The notes under the pieces are model-generated. The model was not told where the DNA came from, did no database searches, and saw only the letters and a list, made by a program, of their open reading frames with translations. The position numbers and the translations under genes are program-made. Of a stretch of 64,000 bases of DNA, positions 47,186 through 60,117 are shown in pieces. The DNA comes from Entomortierella parvispora E1425 (Eukaryota > Fungi > Mortierellomycota), in the NCBI GenBank assembly GCA_020891255.1, contig BQFW01000008.1:3100001-3164000 (forward strand), written 5' to 3'. Position 1 is the first letter of the stretch; every line of letters starts with the position of its first letter.

Positions 47186-48753
47186 ATCTCCGAAATACAA
47201 CACTGGACGGCACCAAGTACCCTTTTTTTGAGAACGACAACAAAAAAAAAAAAAAGCATTGTATCAATCAGTCGACCCAAAACTCGGGACATGATAATAC
47301 CTCTCGAGACATATCAGTTCACATCCTCCGGTAGATAGATATTCAATGATCCCACATCCCGTCAGAGGCGTGGCGGGCATTTCATTTCACATAGTGCTGA
47401 TGGAGGTAGGATCAGTCATGGCTGATAGAAATTCGAAATGAAATACCAATATCTTGTGCCCCTCACCCCTCTTTTTTTATTTTTATAAAAGCCCAGAGAC
47501 AGGAAGATACTACCCTCCATCTTTCCATAGTTCTTCATATCGAGGTTAAACATACACGACATGGCCCACATTCTACCTCCAAAGATTGTCGATAGTAGCC
47601 CATCATCCGACAGATTTGTCAGATGTTGGCGGTTATCGACATGTGGAAACGAAAAGAGAGTTTCATGTAGACATACCCGATCTGGGGCTGTTCAATTAGT
47701 GTTCTGTCCTTGACTCCGCCTCCACCTTCCCACCCCCTCTCCTCCCTCTCCTTCTCTTCAGCAGAGCTAAGTAGACAGAGTATTCAACTATGTCTACCTG
47801 AGCAAGGATGGGATGGGGGGTTTTTTTTTTGTTTAGACCATTGTTGACATTCCAGATAAGTAGGCTGAGAACGATTGGTTATGAAAAAGAGAGGTCAGCT
47901 TCCAAAATGATCAGCGTGGGGGGAGCAGACCGACTTTATGAAGACTATAGAGTTGTCCTTAGGTAGACATAGTCATGAAGTAGGGGGATGTTCATATCCC
48001 CTCCTCCCCTCCTACTCCCCTCCAAGGAACAGATGCGGGTGCTACACACGATATCACAAACCAAGAAATAGGAACAAAGAATACACTTATATACAGGCAC
48101 ACAATCCACAGCAAATGGATCTGAATCGCCGGTGTCTGATTTGCAAATTGCAGGACATAGAGTCGGGTTTAAATGGCTAGTCGAAACAATGGGAAACAAT
48201 GGAAAGGTGACTTGGCTCGGATACATCATAGAGTCATTATAAATCATCTTCAGATCCTCTCCCGATTCTCTCCACAGGCCATCTTGCCTACCTCGGTCGC
48301 ACAGACAGAGAACAGCATGTCGCCTTTCGAAACAGTAATTGTGAACGGATCTTAGACCTCCTGCCAATCGAAGATGAAGAAGAATCGACTATGATGTACA
48401 TCTTTTTGATCGGCGGTGAAAAACGTCCATAGTGTGGTGGGTAGGGGGTATATTTCATTCGTTTCAAATCATGATAATTCTCATCAAAATAAATAAAAGA
48501 GTCGAATATCTCTATTCTGTCTGTTGCATGCTTGCCGTCGGAGCCGTCGTCAGTTCTTCCATGCTGTTTGACACCGTGGACGATACTGGCATCTGCACGC
48601 CAGTTCGGCGAGGTCGACTCGTCACGGCCTTGTTGACCAGCAACGCGCCGCTCCTCTTTGTCTCTTCTTTTGATTTCGTTGACTTTGACACTTTGGATCG
48701 CGACGTTGTTGCCTCCCTGCGCTCCTGATCCTGCTGTTGGTTGCCCAAAGGTG
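47186..48753. repeat. Copy A of a diverged tandem segmental duplication
   Basis: Blocks 47186-47535, ~47835-48060 and ~48230-48753 align by eye with 48904-49282, ~49820-50100 and ~50460-50979. Confidence 0.85.
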
Positions 48754-48903
48754 AGATCATCATGCTGTGCTTTTCTACCCAGTGTCTCGCGTCTGGCGTA
48801 CGTGCAATGCGAAGCGGGATCTTCTTGGGAGTTCTACTTTTCTTGAAGGAGAACAGTTCATGGGATAGCCGGGGGAGCACTATTAGACAGAGACGAACAC
48901 GCG

Positions 48904-50979
48904 CATCTCCGAAAATACAACCTGGACTGCACCAGCACCATGTGCCCTTTCTTGAGGATAAAAAAAAACAAACAAAAAAAAAAAAAACAGACCATTGTAT
49001 CAACCAGTCGACCCAGAACCCGGGACATGAAAACGTTAAATATCAGTTCGCATCCTCCAGTAGATAGATATTCAATGATCACAGATCCCGTCAGAGGGAG
49101 TGGCGGACATTTCATTCCATGGAGTGCTGATGGAGGTAGGGTCACTCATGGCTGATAGAAACTCGGAGAAAAATGAATTGAAATACCAATCTCTTTTCCC
49201 CCTCCCCTCTTTTTTTTCTATAAAAGACCAGAGACAGGGAGACGATACCACCCTCCATCTTTCCATAGTTCTTCATATCGACGATGAGACAGTTACAACA
49301 TAGCCCACTTTCTAAGCCTGAAGATGGTAGACCTTGGACAACTGGCTCATAAATCCTTCCAGGGCTGAAGACAAAGCAATGTGATATTGCATACCCCCTC
49401 CTCTGCCCCCGTCCAAAATAACTTCAATACGGCGGCCTTCTTGTTTGTAGAACAGCCTAATTCAGACCATCTTCTTATCACCCCATGCAATTTCATCAAC
49501 AAGTTCGACGACGATCAATACCGGATATCTCTGGATCGTTGCACTCCGAAAAGCATATGGAGAACATGCATAGTGAACAGCACCGACGATATCAAGACAA
49601 TGGCGTATTGATTCCTGGTATGAGTGAATCATTGTCAAGTCATATAGAGAGTACAATCCTGGGAGTTTGATATAGGGACGTTCCCAATCCGGCACTGTTC
49701 AAGTGGACATTGGTATTGTGTTCTTGTCTCCGCCACCCCCCTGCTCCTGCTCCTGCTCAACTGCACGCATTGACCGAATTTTCAATAGGGCGAGCTGAGC
49801 AGGCTTCTTTTATTCTTCTTGTTGACACTATTGTTGACATTCCAGATAAGTAGGCTGCGAACGACTAGCCAAAACAAGGCGAATGGACTCCAAAATGATC
49901 ACCTAGGGGATCCGGTCCCGAATCTCTGTCGAGTGATTAACCAAGTTACTTCGAAAATGAATTATAGCGACTTCCCGAATACGATAGAGTTGTCGTTAGA
50001 CCAGACATAGTCATGGAGTAAGTGTATGATCATACCCCCTCCTCCCCTCCTCCCCCACAAGGAACAGATGCAGATACACGATATCATAAATCAAGAAATA
50101 GGAAAGCTTCTATCACCCAAAAAAACTACCGTAGCACAGATATCCAAAAAAACCCCGACAGTTCATTAGGGGTCCGTTAACCTACTTCGCCACATGTTGG
50201 ACGTTCACGACAGGCAAAACATGGCTTCTCACATTCATATCAGACTTTTTCTACCTCATTACCAGTATCCCATTGAAAACGATGTGGCTCCTTGCCAACA
50301 AAAAAAAAAAAAAAAAAAAAAAAAAATCGCTGACGCTGGCACTACATGCAGCAGCATAGAGCCTTTGTCACCAACACCAGATACTCAAAAAAGAATTGGT
50401 TTTAAATAGCTAGTCGAGACAAAGGCAAGGTTACATGACTTGGATACGCTCATAGAATTATATAGATTATCTTCAGATTCTCTCCATAGGTCATCTTGCA
50501 TACCTCAGTCGCACAGACAGAGGGGAATAGGAAGTCGCATTTTGAGACGGTAATTGTCCATAGATCTTGGACCACTCGTCACTTGGGGATAGCAAGAATG
50601 CAATTGCGAGGTACATCATTTCGATCGGCGGCGAACAATGTCCATAGTGTGGTGGGGTAGGGGGTATATTTCATTCGTTTCAAATCATGATAATTCTCAT
50701 CAAAATAAATAAAGAATCGACGTGGGGCAATCTCTATTCTGTCTCTTGCATGTTTGCCGTCGTGGCCGTCGTCAGTTCTTCCATGCTGTTCGGCCCCGTG
50801 GATGACGCTGGCATCCGTACGCCAGCTCGGCGAGGTCGACTCGTCACGGCCTTGTTGACCAGCAACGCGCCGCTCCTCTTTGTCTCTTCTTCTTTTGATT
50901 TTGCCAACTTTGACACTTTGGATCGCGACGTTGTTGCCTCCCTGCGCTCCTGATCCTGCTGTTGGTTGCCCAAAGGTGA
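48904..50979. repeat. Copy B of the tandem duplication (includes the 3' end of the 53655-50734 gene)
   Basis: Shared strings such as gtagatagatattcaatgatc, ccctccatctttccatagttcttcatatcga and cgaggtcgactcgtcacggccttgttgaccagcaacgcgccgctcctctttg occur in both copies. Confidence 0.85.
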
Positions 50980-53655
50980 AGTTGGCCCTGATCCTGATCC
51001 ACTCTCCTTGGTCTCTAAATCATCCTCTTGACCCTCAATCTGAATCTTGGGTTTCGACTTTGATCGACTTGATTGTCTGACCAGCGCCGACTTTGCAACT
51101 GAGGCATCTGACATTGTTGGCGAGGAAGATGTAGAGCTAGGTGATTTCGAGGAAGAGGACAGTGCACTCGCCGACAAAATCGAATAGCCGCTGGTCGAAC
51201 CAAATCGCGAAGACGTTGACGAGACGGAAGCACTGCTGGCTCCCTTCACGTGGCGACCTCCCTTTCGTCTCATCCCCTCTCCCAGAGTCTGTTCAGACAT
51301 TGGGGGAGGTGGGGGCAGGGGTGGTAGGGGAGCCAGGAGCTCACTCGCTGTCAAAGGTGTCTTGGGTTTCGGTAATTCAGCATGGGCAGTCGACCTTGCC
51401 TCCAGGAACAGTCGGATCTTCTCTGCTTCCGTGGTCGTCTCCTTGGCCTCTTCCACCTTGTGATCCCACGACGACACCAAATTCTGAATATGGGCCGAGG
51501 TCACAGCACGTTTCCTGGCGCGACCCAAAACGATCGGAGGAAGTGGTTCTGCAGCCTTGCGCGCCTCTTCTTCCTATTAGCCCCAAGGTATCAAGGCAAC
51601 TCTGTCAGTCAATTGTGCCTGATAGTGAGTCACAATAAAACATAACAACATGATGAATGTTCTTACCTCGCGCTCTTTTTCACGTTCATCGAGGACGCTG
51701 CCCTTGCCCGCAAGTTTTCGTCCTAGAATATGCTCGACCTGATCTGCCAATCGCTTTGGAATCGCCACAGGCTCCACATGGTTTCGATCGCCTCGTTGCT
51801 TATGGTAGCCATGCAGGGTCGAGACTAAAACTGAACTTGCGCTGGTGGCTGTGGCGGTTTTGGATCGAGGTCGAGAGCCTGTGGACGAGAGGGACGATGA
51901 GGAGGACTTTGAAGAAAGTCCCTCAGGCGACAAAAGACCAGATCCTGACCCTGACATGGCAGCTGCTGCCTCCTCTCGCCTTTTCCTCTTGTCTGCAGCG
52001 GTATCTTTGTCATCGTCTTCGTCGTCCGAAGAGACCAGGATAGCCTGAATCTTTTTGACCGTCCTCAAATTGGCCGTAATAGGGATCTTTGCCAACTCTT
52101 CATCTCGCCGTTTTTGCTCCTCTTGCTGAAGAATCCTGGCCTGAACTAAATTGAGGGGGATCTGAGGGGTCTGAAGCTGTCTCAACGTGGGATTGACGAG
52201 GCTCATGGGTTGATGCCCAGTCGGTGGTGAGGGCATTTGTGAAGAATACGAGTGCGAGTGCAAACCACCAGACAGCAACGACGAGGAGGATGAGCTGGAC
52301 GCGGTGGTATGTCGACGAGCTGTGACGCTGGGTCGTTTGAGGAGCGGGGTCGTCGAATCTGAAATGGGCACCGTTGGAGTCGTTGACGGTGGTGACGATG
52401 GTTTCGACGATAGAGACGACTTTTCGGTTGGCGACTTTGAGGAATCCGATATCGGAGACAAGGATGAGGATGGTGCTTGAGGTGGAGTGATGCTCGACGG
52501 AACAGCGGTTTCAGTCTTGACCTGAATGACAACATCCGCTTCCTTGCCCGTTGACAGCTCTGCAGTATCCTCGCCACTGAGCGCTTTGGTGACGCTTGCC
52601 GCCAACGATGACGATGATGTCGAGAACGTCAACACTGGTGGTGCATTGGCAGCAAACTGACTTGGGACCAGAGCCTCGCCTGCATTTCGCCTTCTTGACG
52701 CTTTTGTCGATATTGTCGTGGAAGCGGTGGATTCTGTCGTAGTAGCAGCATTAGTCGGGGATGATGTTGCCTCTGTTGGTGTAGCTGAGCCAAGTACACT
52801 AGGTGGTCCATCATCTCTTGAACTCGATCCCGTTTCCTTGTAGCCCAAGTTAATATCGCTCTCAATTGCTCCCACCACCGTCATTAATTGTTTCGGTGTG
52901 GACAAGGGGTCCGTGGCCAACGTGGATCGATCCTCGTTCATTTCGCGTGGCGATGGCGGATATTGTTCTACCACCGGTGTGGAAGATGAAGACGACGGCG
53001 GAGTTGTCCTTCCTCCTTGGTCTTGTGCTGTTGTTGATGTCGTCGTTATAGGTCCTGGAGGACTTTGAGATCCTCGACCGCCGCTGCCAAGTTGGACTTT
53101 GGTCATGCCTGGTCCTGGTACCCCACGCGCCTCTCGTCGTTGAGGAGCTGGTCCTGGCTGAGTGGTCGGTGGGGCCATCTTGTTGCAACTCAGCGACGGA
53201 TCTTCTCTGGCCGCAATCATGGCCTTGATCGAGGACTCTTTCTTGCTATTCGATGAGGTTGCCCCCGTTGCAGTCAACATACCGCCGACGGACGGTGACA
53301 AGGACGCAGGCGGACTTGTGCCTGAACTGCTATTGTTCTTGTTGCTATAAAACGGAGATCCTTTCAAGATAGAAGAGGAGGAGCCTGTAGGGGTGGTGGG
53401 CGTCGACGAAGAAGAAGAGGTCGGAGAAGGAAAGGATGAAGAGCGGCTTGAGGTCGAGAGCGCCCAAGGGTGATTGATCTTGTTGGGCACCCGTTGCGGT
53501 TTAGACGACGAGCCGGCGACCTTTTGCTTGAGGAGCAGGGCCATGGCCTCGATCTTGGAGAGTCCAGCAGTCGAGGCCTCTTGGCTATGACCAGAAGAGG
53601 AAGAAGAGGAGGAGACCGGGTCCATGACCTGTGTGGATGGACGATCTCTGTTCAT
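50734..53655 (-). CDS. Ser/Pro/Thr-rich disordered protein of unknown function, ~940 aa, 2 exons (53655-51667, 51573-50734)
   Basis: Two long ORFs joined in phase by a GTAAGA...AATAG intron. Short helical islands (LVQARILQQEEQKRRDEELAKIPITANLRTV; QNLVSSWDHKVEEAKE). Confidence 0.7.
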
Positions 53656-54015
53656 GGATGAATGTGGAGGTAGAAACGGGGAAAGAGATCAGGAAGGGTT
53701 ATGATTCAGAATGAGAAGAGAGGAGAGAAGAGAGGAGAGAAAGAGAGAAGCGTGGTCTTCATTTAACAATGAGACGAGAGGATGAGAATGGAGAAGAGAT
53801 GAATGAAGAAAAGAGAAAAGAAGAGAGAAGAGGAAAGGAAGGAGAAAGAGGACACGACCATGGACATGGGAATGCATGCCACTCTTTTTTTTTGCAGTGG
53901 TTGTAGCAATAGTAAGTAGCAAGACAGCGGTTGCAGGCGGTTGCAGTCTGGAATCTCGAATGGGGACACACAGTTCAGTGGTGCGAATGCATGCCATGGC
54001 CATGCATGGGCCATG

Positions 54016-54060
54016 TGTTGTCTGTCTGTCTGTTGTCTGTCTGTCTGTCTGCCTGTCTGT
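54016..54060. repeat. (TGTC)n microsatellite
   Basis: Direct reading. Confidence 0.8.
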
Positions 54061-54667
54061 CAATAAATAGGAGAAAAAGGGGTTGTCCCCCCATGCCTTG
54101 CTTGCTCCTCTTCCCGCGTGTCCATCTCTTGCCATCCTTGTCCTGTCTGGCCACCACCGTGCCCCCTTCTTCCTTCTCTTTTCCCCCTTGCTCTCGTTCT
54201 CTTTCCCTCTTTCCCTCTTTCGTTGCAGGGGGAATCCCTTTCCTAGCAATGGCCATCGTGCTTGGCCCCAGCCCGGTCTTTGCACGTTCGCGTCTCCCTT
54301 TCCCTTCTTCCGTCTCCTTCCTCTTTCTCCCACATCGCATTTCCTTTTCTTGCTTTCCCGCAAGTACCTAGGAGTCCACTTTTGCAATCCCATGTCATCC
54401 ATCGCGTGCAAAGAATGTTTACTCTCGATGCGACGAGGTTTTTTTTTATTATTACTGTCTGTATCAAGACTGGGGATATCATTATGTTGCAGAAAAAAGG
54501 AGGAAGAGGAACGGAGGTTGTGGAGATCTATCTTTGTCAACGATAATGGTGGATGTGCTTTTGCTTTTTTTTTCTCTCTCTCTTTCATTCCTTTCTTTTT
54601 TCTTTTTTTCTTTTTTCTTCAACGTTTCGTTCTTTCTTTCTTTCTTTCAATCTATTGCGCTCGGGAC

Positions 54668-57600
54668 TCAGGATGCCGTAGGACTCACTGTCGCTGCTGA
54701 AGGCATGCTGCCACTCCCGACCCGACTCTCCTCAGAGCCGCCCTGCGGGTCCCCATGACCATGCCCGTGGTGGCCACCCCAAAGGGCCCCCAGGACCCTG
54801 CTCCACTGTCTCGACGACCTTCGCTGGCCGCCTCCACCACTACCCGCCGAAGGGGCAGAATGATGGCCCTCGGCGCCCTCTCCGAATTGGATCCCGAGCG
54901 CGTTGCTGTTGCTGCTGGTATGGTGCACATGGTGCCATCCCTGCCCAAGTTGTCCCGAATGGGCCGCCGAGGACGACCCTCTTCGGTTCTGTCGAGCCCT
55001 CTCCTGTCGTCTCCGGTCTTCTTCCTCCTCATCCGTATCCATGCCCAGGGTTGATCCGCCCGATTCAGACGACGAGCTCTGACCCAACGCACGGAGCACG
55101 TTCCTCATCGTCACATCCCCATTCCGTCCAACGGCAGCCTCTTCCATCCGTCTCTCTTGTTCCGTCATTGTCCTCTCGCGTTCTGCACGCGTCAAAAGAC
55201 TACTATGACTCTGACGACGACCGCCCGTCGTTGGGGTCGTTGGGATTGTCAATGTTGTTGTAGTGGGGGGAGTAGGTGTGGTGGTCTCTGCCGTCGAACC
55301 CATATTTCCTCCTCCTCCTGCCAGTTGGGCGCGTCGCAGCATGGGCGAAACGATTTCACCTCTGGAGGCGGCAGAAGAAGACCGAACGAGCATCTGGAGG
55401 GTTCGAGTGTGCATCTCTTCCCGAATCTGTCGCTGCAAGATCTGCTCCTGTTGTTCCTGCAGTTGGTACTGAAGCTGCAGTTGACGACTGGCCATCTCGG
55501 GGTCGATTACCATGGAATTCGGTCGAGAGGTCACCGACGACGACACGGCGGACGGTTGTCCGTCGGAGAGGGCACGGGGCCGATCTGCATGCTGGAGCGG
55601 ATGCAGGCTGTTTTGGGGTGGATGAAGAAGGTTCTGGCTCGGACGCTGCGTCTGGCCATGGTGGTGACTGACACCGCTCGAAGACGACGATCTCGATCCA
55701 GAGCGCGTAGTAGTAGCAGGAGAAGCAGGTGTCGCCGTTGAATGCCGCTGGTGTTGCTGTTGGCGCGGCTGCTGCTGCGGCTGAGGCTGCGGCTCATGCT
55801 GAAAAGCGGGTGGCATGGCTCGGGGCAAGGTATAAAACTTTGGCATGCATCGGTCCTCCAGACTGGTGGCAATGTTGGCGGCTGCTTGCAAGTGCTCCAG
55901 CCAGGTCAGGGCATCGATCCTGTCTTTGCACTCCATCAACAAAGTCCTGTCACAGGCACGGATCCGGATCACATTGGGTCGTTGCTTGTAATCCACTGCA
56001 ATCTCACAACGCGCCATCTGCAAACTAATATTGCGCACATGGAGTCGGGGCACGTCGTCCATGTCGACCGCATACAGCCTCAGAGCCGTTCCTCGAAGGT
56101 GAGCAAATGTACGCCTATCATTCCAATTAAAAAAAACGGTCAATATTTTGAACCATGTGCGTCAAGATGAACTGAAATTCAAACAAAAAAAAAACTTACT
56201 TCCAAGGCCGTCGGTAGGGTCGCCAATTGCCTACAAGCTCAGTCTTGCGGTTAATACAGCCCTCTCGAAAGACTGAGCAGGTGTACCGCGGCAGGGCCTC
56301 CTGCCCTTGTTCTGGTCTCGGCTCAATCTTGGGCCACCCCTTGTATTTGATCGCAGCTTCCCAATAGGACGGAGGCGAAGACAGTGCCAGACTCGAGACT
56401 GGGATCTTGTGGTTATTGTGGATCACAGCAGACAAGGGTAGCTTTGGGGTTCCTTCCGACTCGTCTCCAGTGGTTGCCGCAGGACTGCCACCGCTGCCAC
56501 TCAGACAACTGCTGGGCGTCTCTGGTCTCAAGAAAGGTTCGCCCGAGCTCATCATCTCCAAACTCTCTCGACCGTCCTCCTGCGCCAACTCTCCTTGCAG
56601 GTTGGCGTTATTGGCCAGGGATCGGAACTGGGGGTGGATCGAAACACTGCTGCTACTGGCGCTGAGCACACCTGCCTGGAAGGCATTGTCCGCAGAGACC
56701 GATCGCCGCCTCTCACCCAAGCCTTCTTCTCCTTGGGTCATATCCTGAGACGAGGCTCGGCTGATCAAATCCAGAGGCGTCTGTCCATCCTCCAACTCGT
56801 CTGCATAAAAGAACAATTGCTGTTGGTAGAGAGGGTGCACATTCTGTTGAAGACTCAGGGGGGTCAACAAGAGACGTCGTTGTACCACCGAATCTGCTTC
56901 AACACTCTCGCGTCGCACAAAATCATATTCGTCATGGTTCTCGATACCACCGACAAAGAACGAGGTGAAGAGTCGGCTCCACATTGACGGGACTTGGGCT
57001 TGAACGCCCAAAGAGACGCGACGTCCTGCATGGGCGCTGTGGCGTCTGGTTGTCGCATCCGTGGATCGCTCTTCGCTCATGGACGCACGAGGGGTGCCTC
57101 CCTGCGCGGCATTCTCGGCCACGATCCAGCCAGGAGAGAACCGATCCAGCTCTCCAGCATGCGAGCGCCTACGAAAAGTGGCCGAGTTGCGTTGTTGCAA
57201 GTGCTGGTAATGAGGGGGAATTGGATCAGGAGGACCAATGTGTCGCTGCTGAGGCTGTTGTGGTGGTGGTCGCTGGTTGCTGGCATCAGGTCCAGGACTA
57301 GGGGTGTTGGGTCGGTTAAGCATAGAACTGTCTATGGAAGATCTGGAACCAGCGCCCGAAGCAGATCCGCTAGCTGCTGTCGTCGAGAATGGAAAGTTGA
57401 AGGAGCGGTGCTTCAGGATTCTTTGAAGACGACCCTGCGGCTGTCTGAGAGGCGCGCTCTGATGTTCTGGGTGACGAGGAGGTCGTTGCCCAGGCGGTGG
57501 AGGTGTCCACATCTCAAACGTCTTTGTCGGTGGGGTCGTTGAGCGCTCTTCCGTTCCTTCTTCTGAGGGATCATCCGTGTCTGCCTGCGATGGTGGCGCT

Positions 57601-60117
57601 CCAGTTGGTTCAGGCTCCCGAGTCACCTCGTTATCTTGAATATCCTGCGTATCCTGCGTGTCATGAATCGCGCGCGCCAGACTGTGGCCCGTGCCGGTGG
57701 GATGTGAAGCAGTGACAGGAGAGAGAGGCTGATCCCCTCCTGATGCAACTGCTAAACTAGCCCATTCTGATTCCGTCCGACGGTCAGCCTCCTGTTCCGT
57801 CTCGGCCTCTCCCGCTCGAGCTTTTATCCTCAGGGAGAGAACGTGGGGCGCGACTGACTTTATGGCGTCCTTGAGCAAGCTCATGTCGTCGGTGGACATT
57901 TGGGGCGAGTCTGATGCCAGGTCCTCTGGATCGATCCGGTCGTGGTCCTGGGGGTTGCTGTTCGTGTCGGACGAGACGCCTTCTTGATCCGTGTCGATGG
58001 TAGAAACCGTGGCCAGAGGATGCTGTGGTCCATTTGTTTTCTTGCACGAGTTGCGCCGTGAGGGGGCGGCCGAGAGGGGAGTAAAAGTGGCAAAGGGGGT
58101 GCAGGCAACGGAAGACATTGAGGTGGAGGCTCTGGTGTGATTTTGGGTATATGCAGGACAAGGAGCAGCGGCGGTAGACGAGGACCCGATTGGGAGATTG
58201 GATTCAAATTTGGCTTGTAGTTGAGAAAACTTTGAAGAATGACCATTAGGGGAAGAAGGCGGTGAAGAGGTAGGAGAGGAAGTTCCTGGCGAGGTGGGTG
58301 GAGAGGAATGTTTGCAGGACTGGGAGTGTGGATGGGTAAGAGAGCGGGTCCGACTGGTATCAAGGGAGATGGAGGAGGAGGAAGCAGAGGACGAGATGGG
58401 CGAGGATGGCCTTGAGGCGGAGGCCTTTGCGTTGGCCGGGGAGTTCTCTGACCAGTTCCGCATATGGTCGGTGTCGGTGGAAATTAACTGCGAGGGAAGA
58501 GAGACGGAGAAAAGGAGATACGGATGGTGAGTAGGGAAAGAGGGAAGGAGGGAAGAAGGAAGCAAGGCAGAGCGGAGCAACGTGGACATGAGAATAAGTT
58601 TTTTAGTGCAATGAAATGAATAAAACGCGAGCAAGAAAGAAAGGAAGAAAGAAAGAAAGAGCAACAAATAGAAGGAAGGATAGAAGGATAGAAGGATGGA
58701 AGGATAGAAAAGACAAGAGAGAGAAGGGAGAGAGCATGGATGATTCAGTCAGTCAGTCAATCAGTCAGTCAGTCAGTCAGTCAGTCAGTCAGTCAGCCAG
58801 CCAGTCAGTCGTCTTCCCAGCAGAGCACAGCATTGGCCACACAGAACAAACACAGAACAAACACAGAACACAGAACAAACATGAGACAGACAAGGACCGC
58901 CGCCATTTGCACACTCTCAGACCACCTCTCGTCTCACACCCCACACACACGACAAAAAGGAGCCCTGGCGCGGCTCTATTTTTCGTTCTTGGGTGGCCTG
59001 GACCACCTGGTTGCCGTTGAGACACGGTCACGCGTTGGCGCGTCCAGGGGATTTGGATTGGATGCGGGTGAAAGAAAGCAGGGGAGGGGGATCATCCAAT
59101 GTTTGTTTGCTTTGTTCGTTTGTTCGTTTGTTCGTTTGTTCGTTTGTTGCAATGCCCAATCCTTACCCGTTGTTCCTGCTTTTGTCGTCGCACTGGCTGC
59201 GGCTGTTGTTCTTCTTCTTCTTCGTCTCGCTCTCGTGGTCGCAGACTAGTGCCAAACACTGGACCCGTCCGCGGCGGAGAGCCAGGGGTGGAAGAGGACA
59301 GTCTGGGTGAGGATGGAGCCGTCAAGGTCAAGGGCGGATACAACGGTCCTGACCGAGGTGGGGTGGTCTGACGCTGCAGGGTGACAACCGGTGAAGGAGA
59401 ACAAGAGGAAGGGGTGGAGGGCCAAGCCAAAGGCAAGGACGACGGACACAGATAGGCTCGGTCCAGTGCCACTGCTTCCGTGAACGCTGGCGAACAGCTA
59501 GGATCGCACCCTTCTGTGGAAATGGTGGGCAGTGGCTGCGATCGCTCGAGGTTGGGTGAGGAAGGTGTGGTGGTGGTGTTGAGTGCCGGTGTAGGCGTAG
59601 GTGTGGGGATGGGTGTAAGAGAGCTCGCGGAGGTCGAGGCGGAGTAGAGGAAGGGATGGGAGAGGGTAGTGGAGTAAGAAGAGAGTGAGGAGGATGAAGA
59701 CAAGGAAGGTACGAGAAAAGTCGAGGGGTTGCTGCTAGAGCTATTGCTGCTGCTATTGTTGCTATTGCTGTTGTTGCAAGATGATCTGGCCGACAAGGAT
59801 GATGACATGGACGAGAAACACGCTGTTGCCGCCCTGTCCATACCCGAACCGCTTTCAAGGAACGGCAGGTTGGCGCGATAACCACACCTTGGACAACTGT
59901 TGTTGTCCCCATCCTCATCATCGGGTTCTTCATTCTGATGATGGCCACCACCTTGTCTTTGACCACCTCCATGATCACAACCAACATCAACATCAGCAGC
60001 AGAAGCCAAGCCATGTTGATTTGACGGCGTCAAGGCGATACACGGTGTAGGCAACAAAGAAGCTGTTGGAGACCGACAACCAAACCCATGGCGCCAATGA
60101 TGGCGATGATGGACCAT
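54668..60117 (-). CDS. PH-domain protein (yeast YHR131C/YNL144C-like core) with long disordered arms, ~1,560 aa, 3 exons (60117-59167, 58487-56200, 56114-54668)
   Basis: LPRY.C....EG....K.E....R..K|R....LRGTALRLY...ISLQMA.C..A.DYKQRPNV.R.R...R.LL.E.......W...LQAAANIA..L..R.MP. Both introns are in phase. The first exon is less certain. Confidence 0.78.
58744..58809. repeat. (CAGT)n microsatellite within the 679-nt intron of the PH-domain gene
   Basis: About 15 imperfect tetranucleotide units. Confidence 0.9.

Noticed and set aside
58744-59147. Short tandem repeats that might suggest a CRISPR-like array
   Set aside because: Simple microsatellites with no unique spacers, in a eukaryotic intron.
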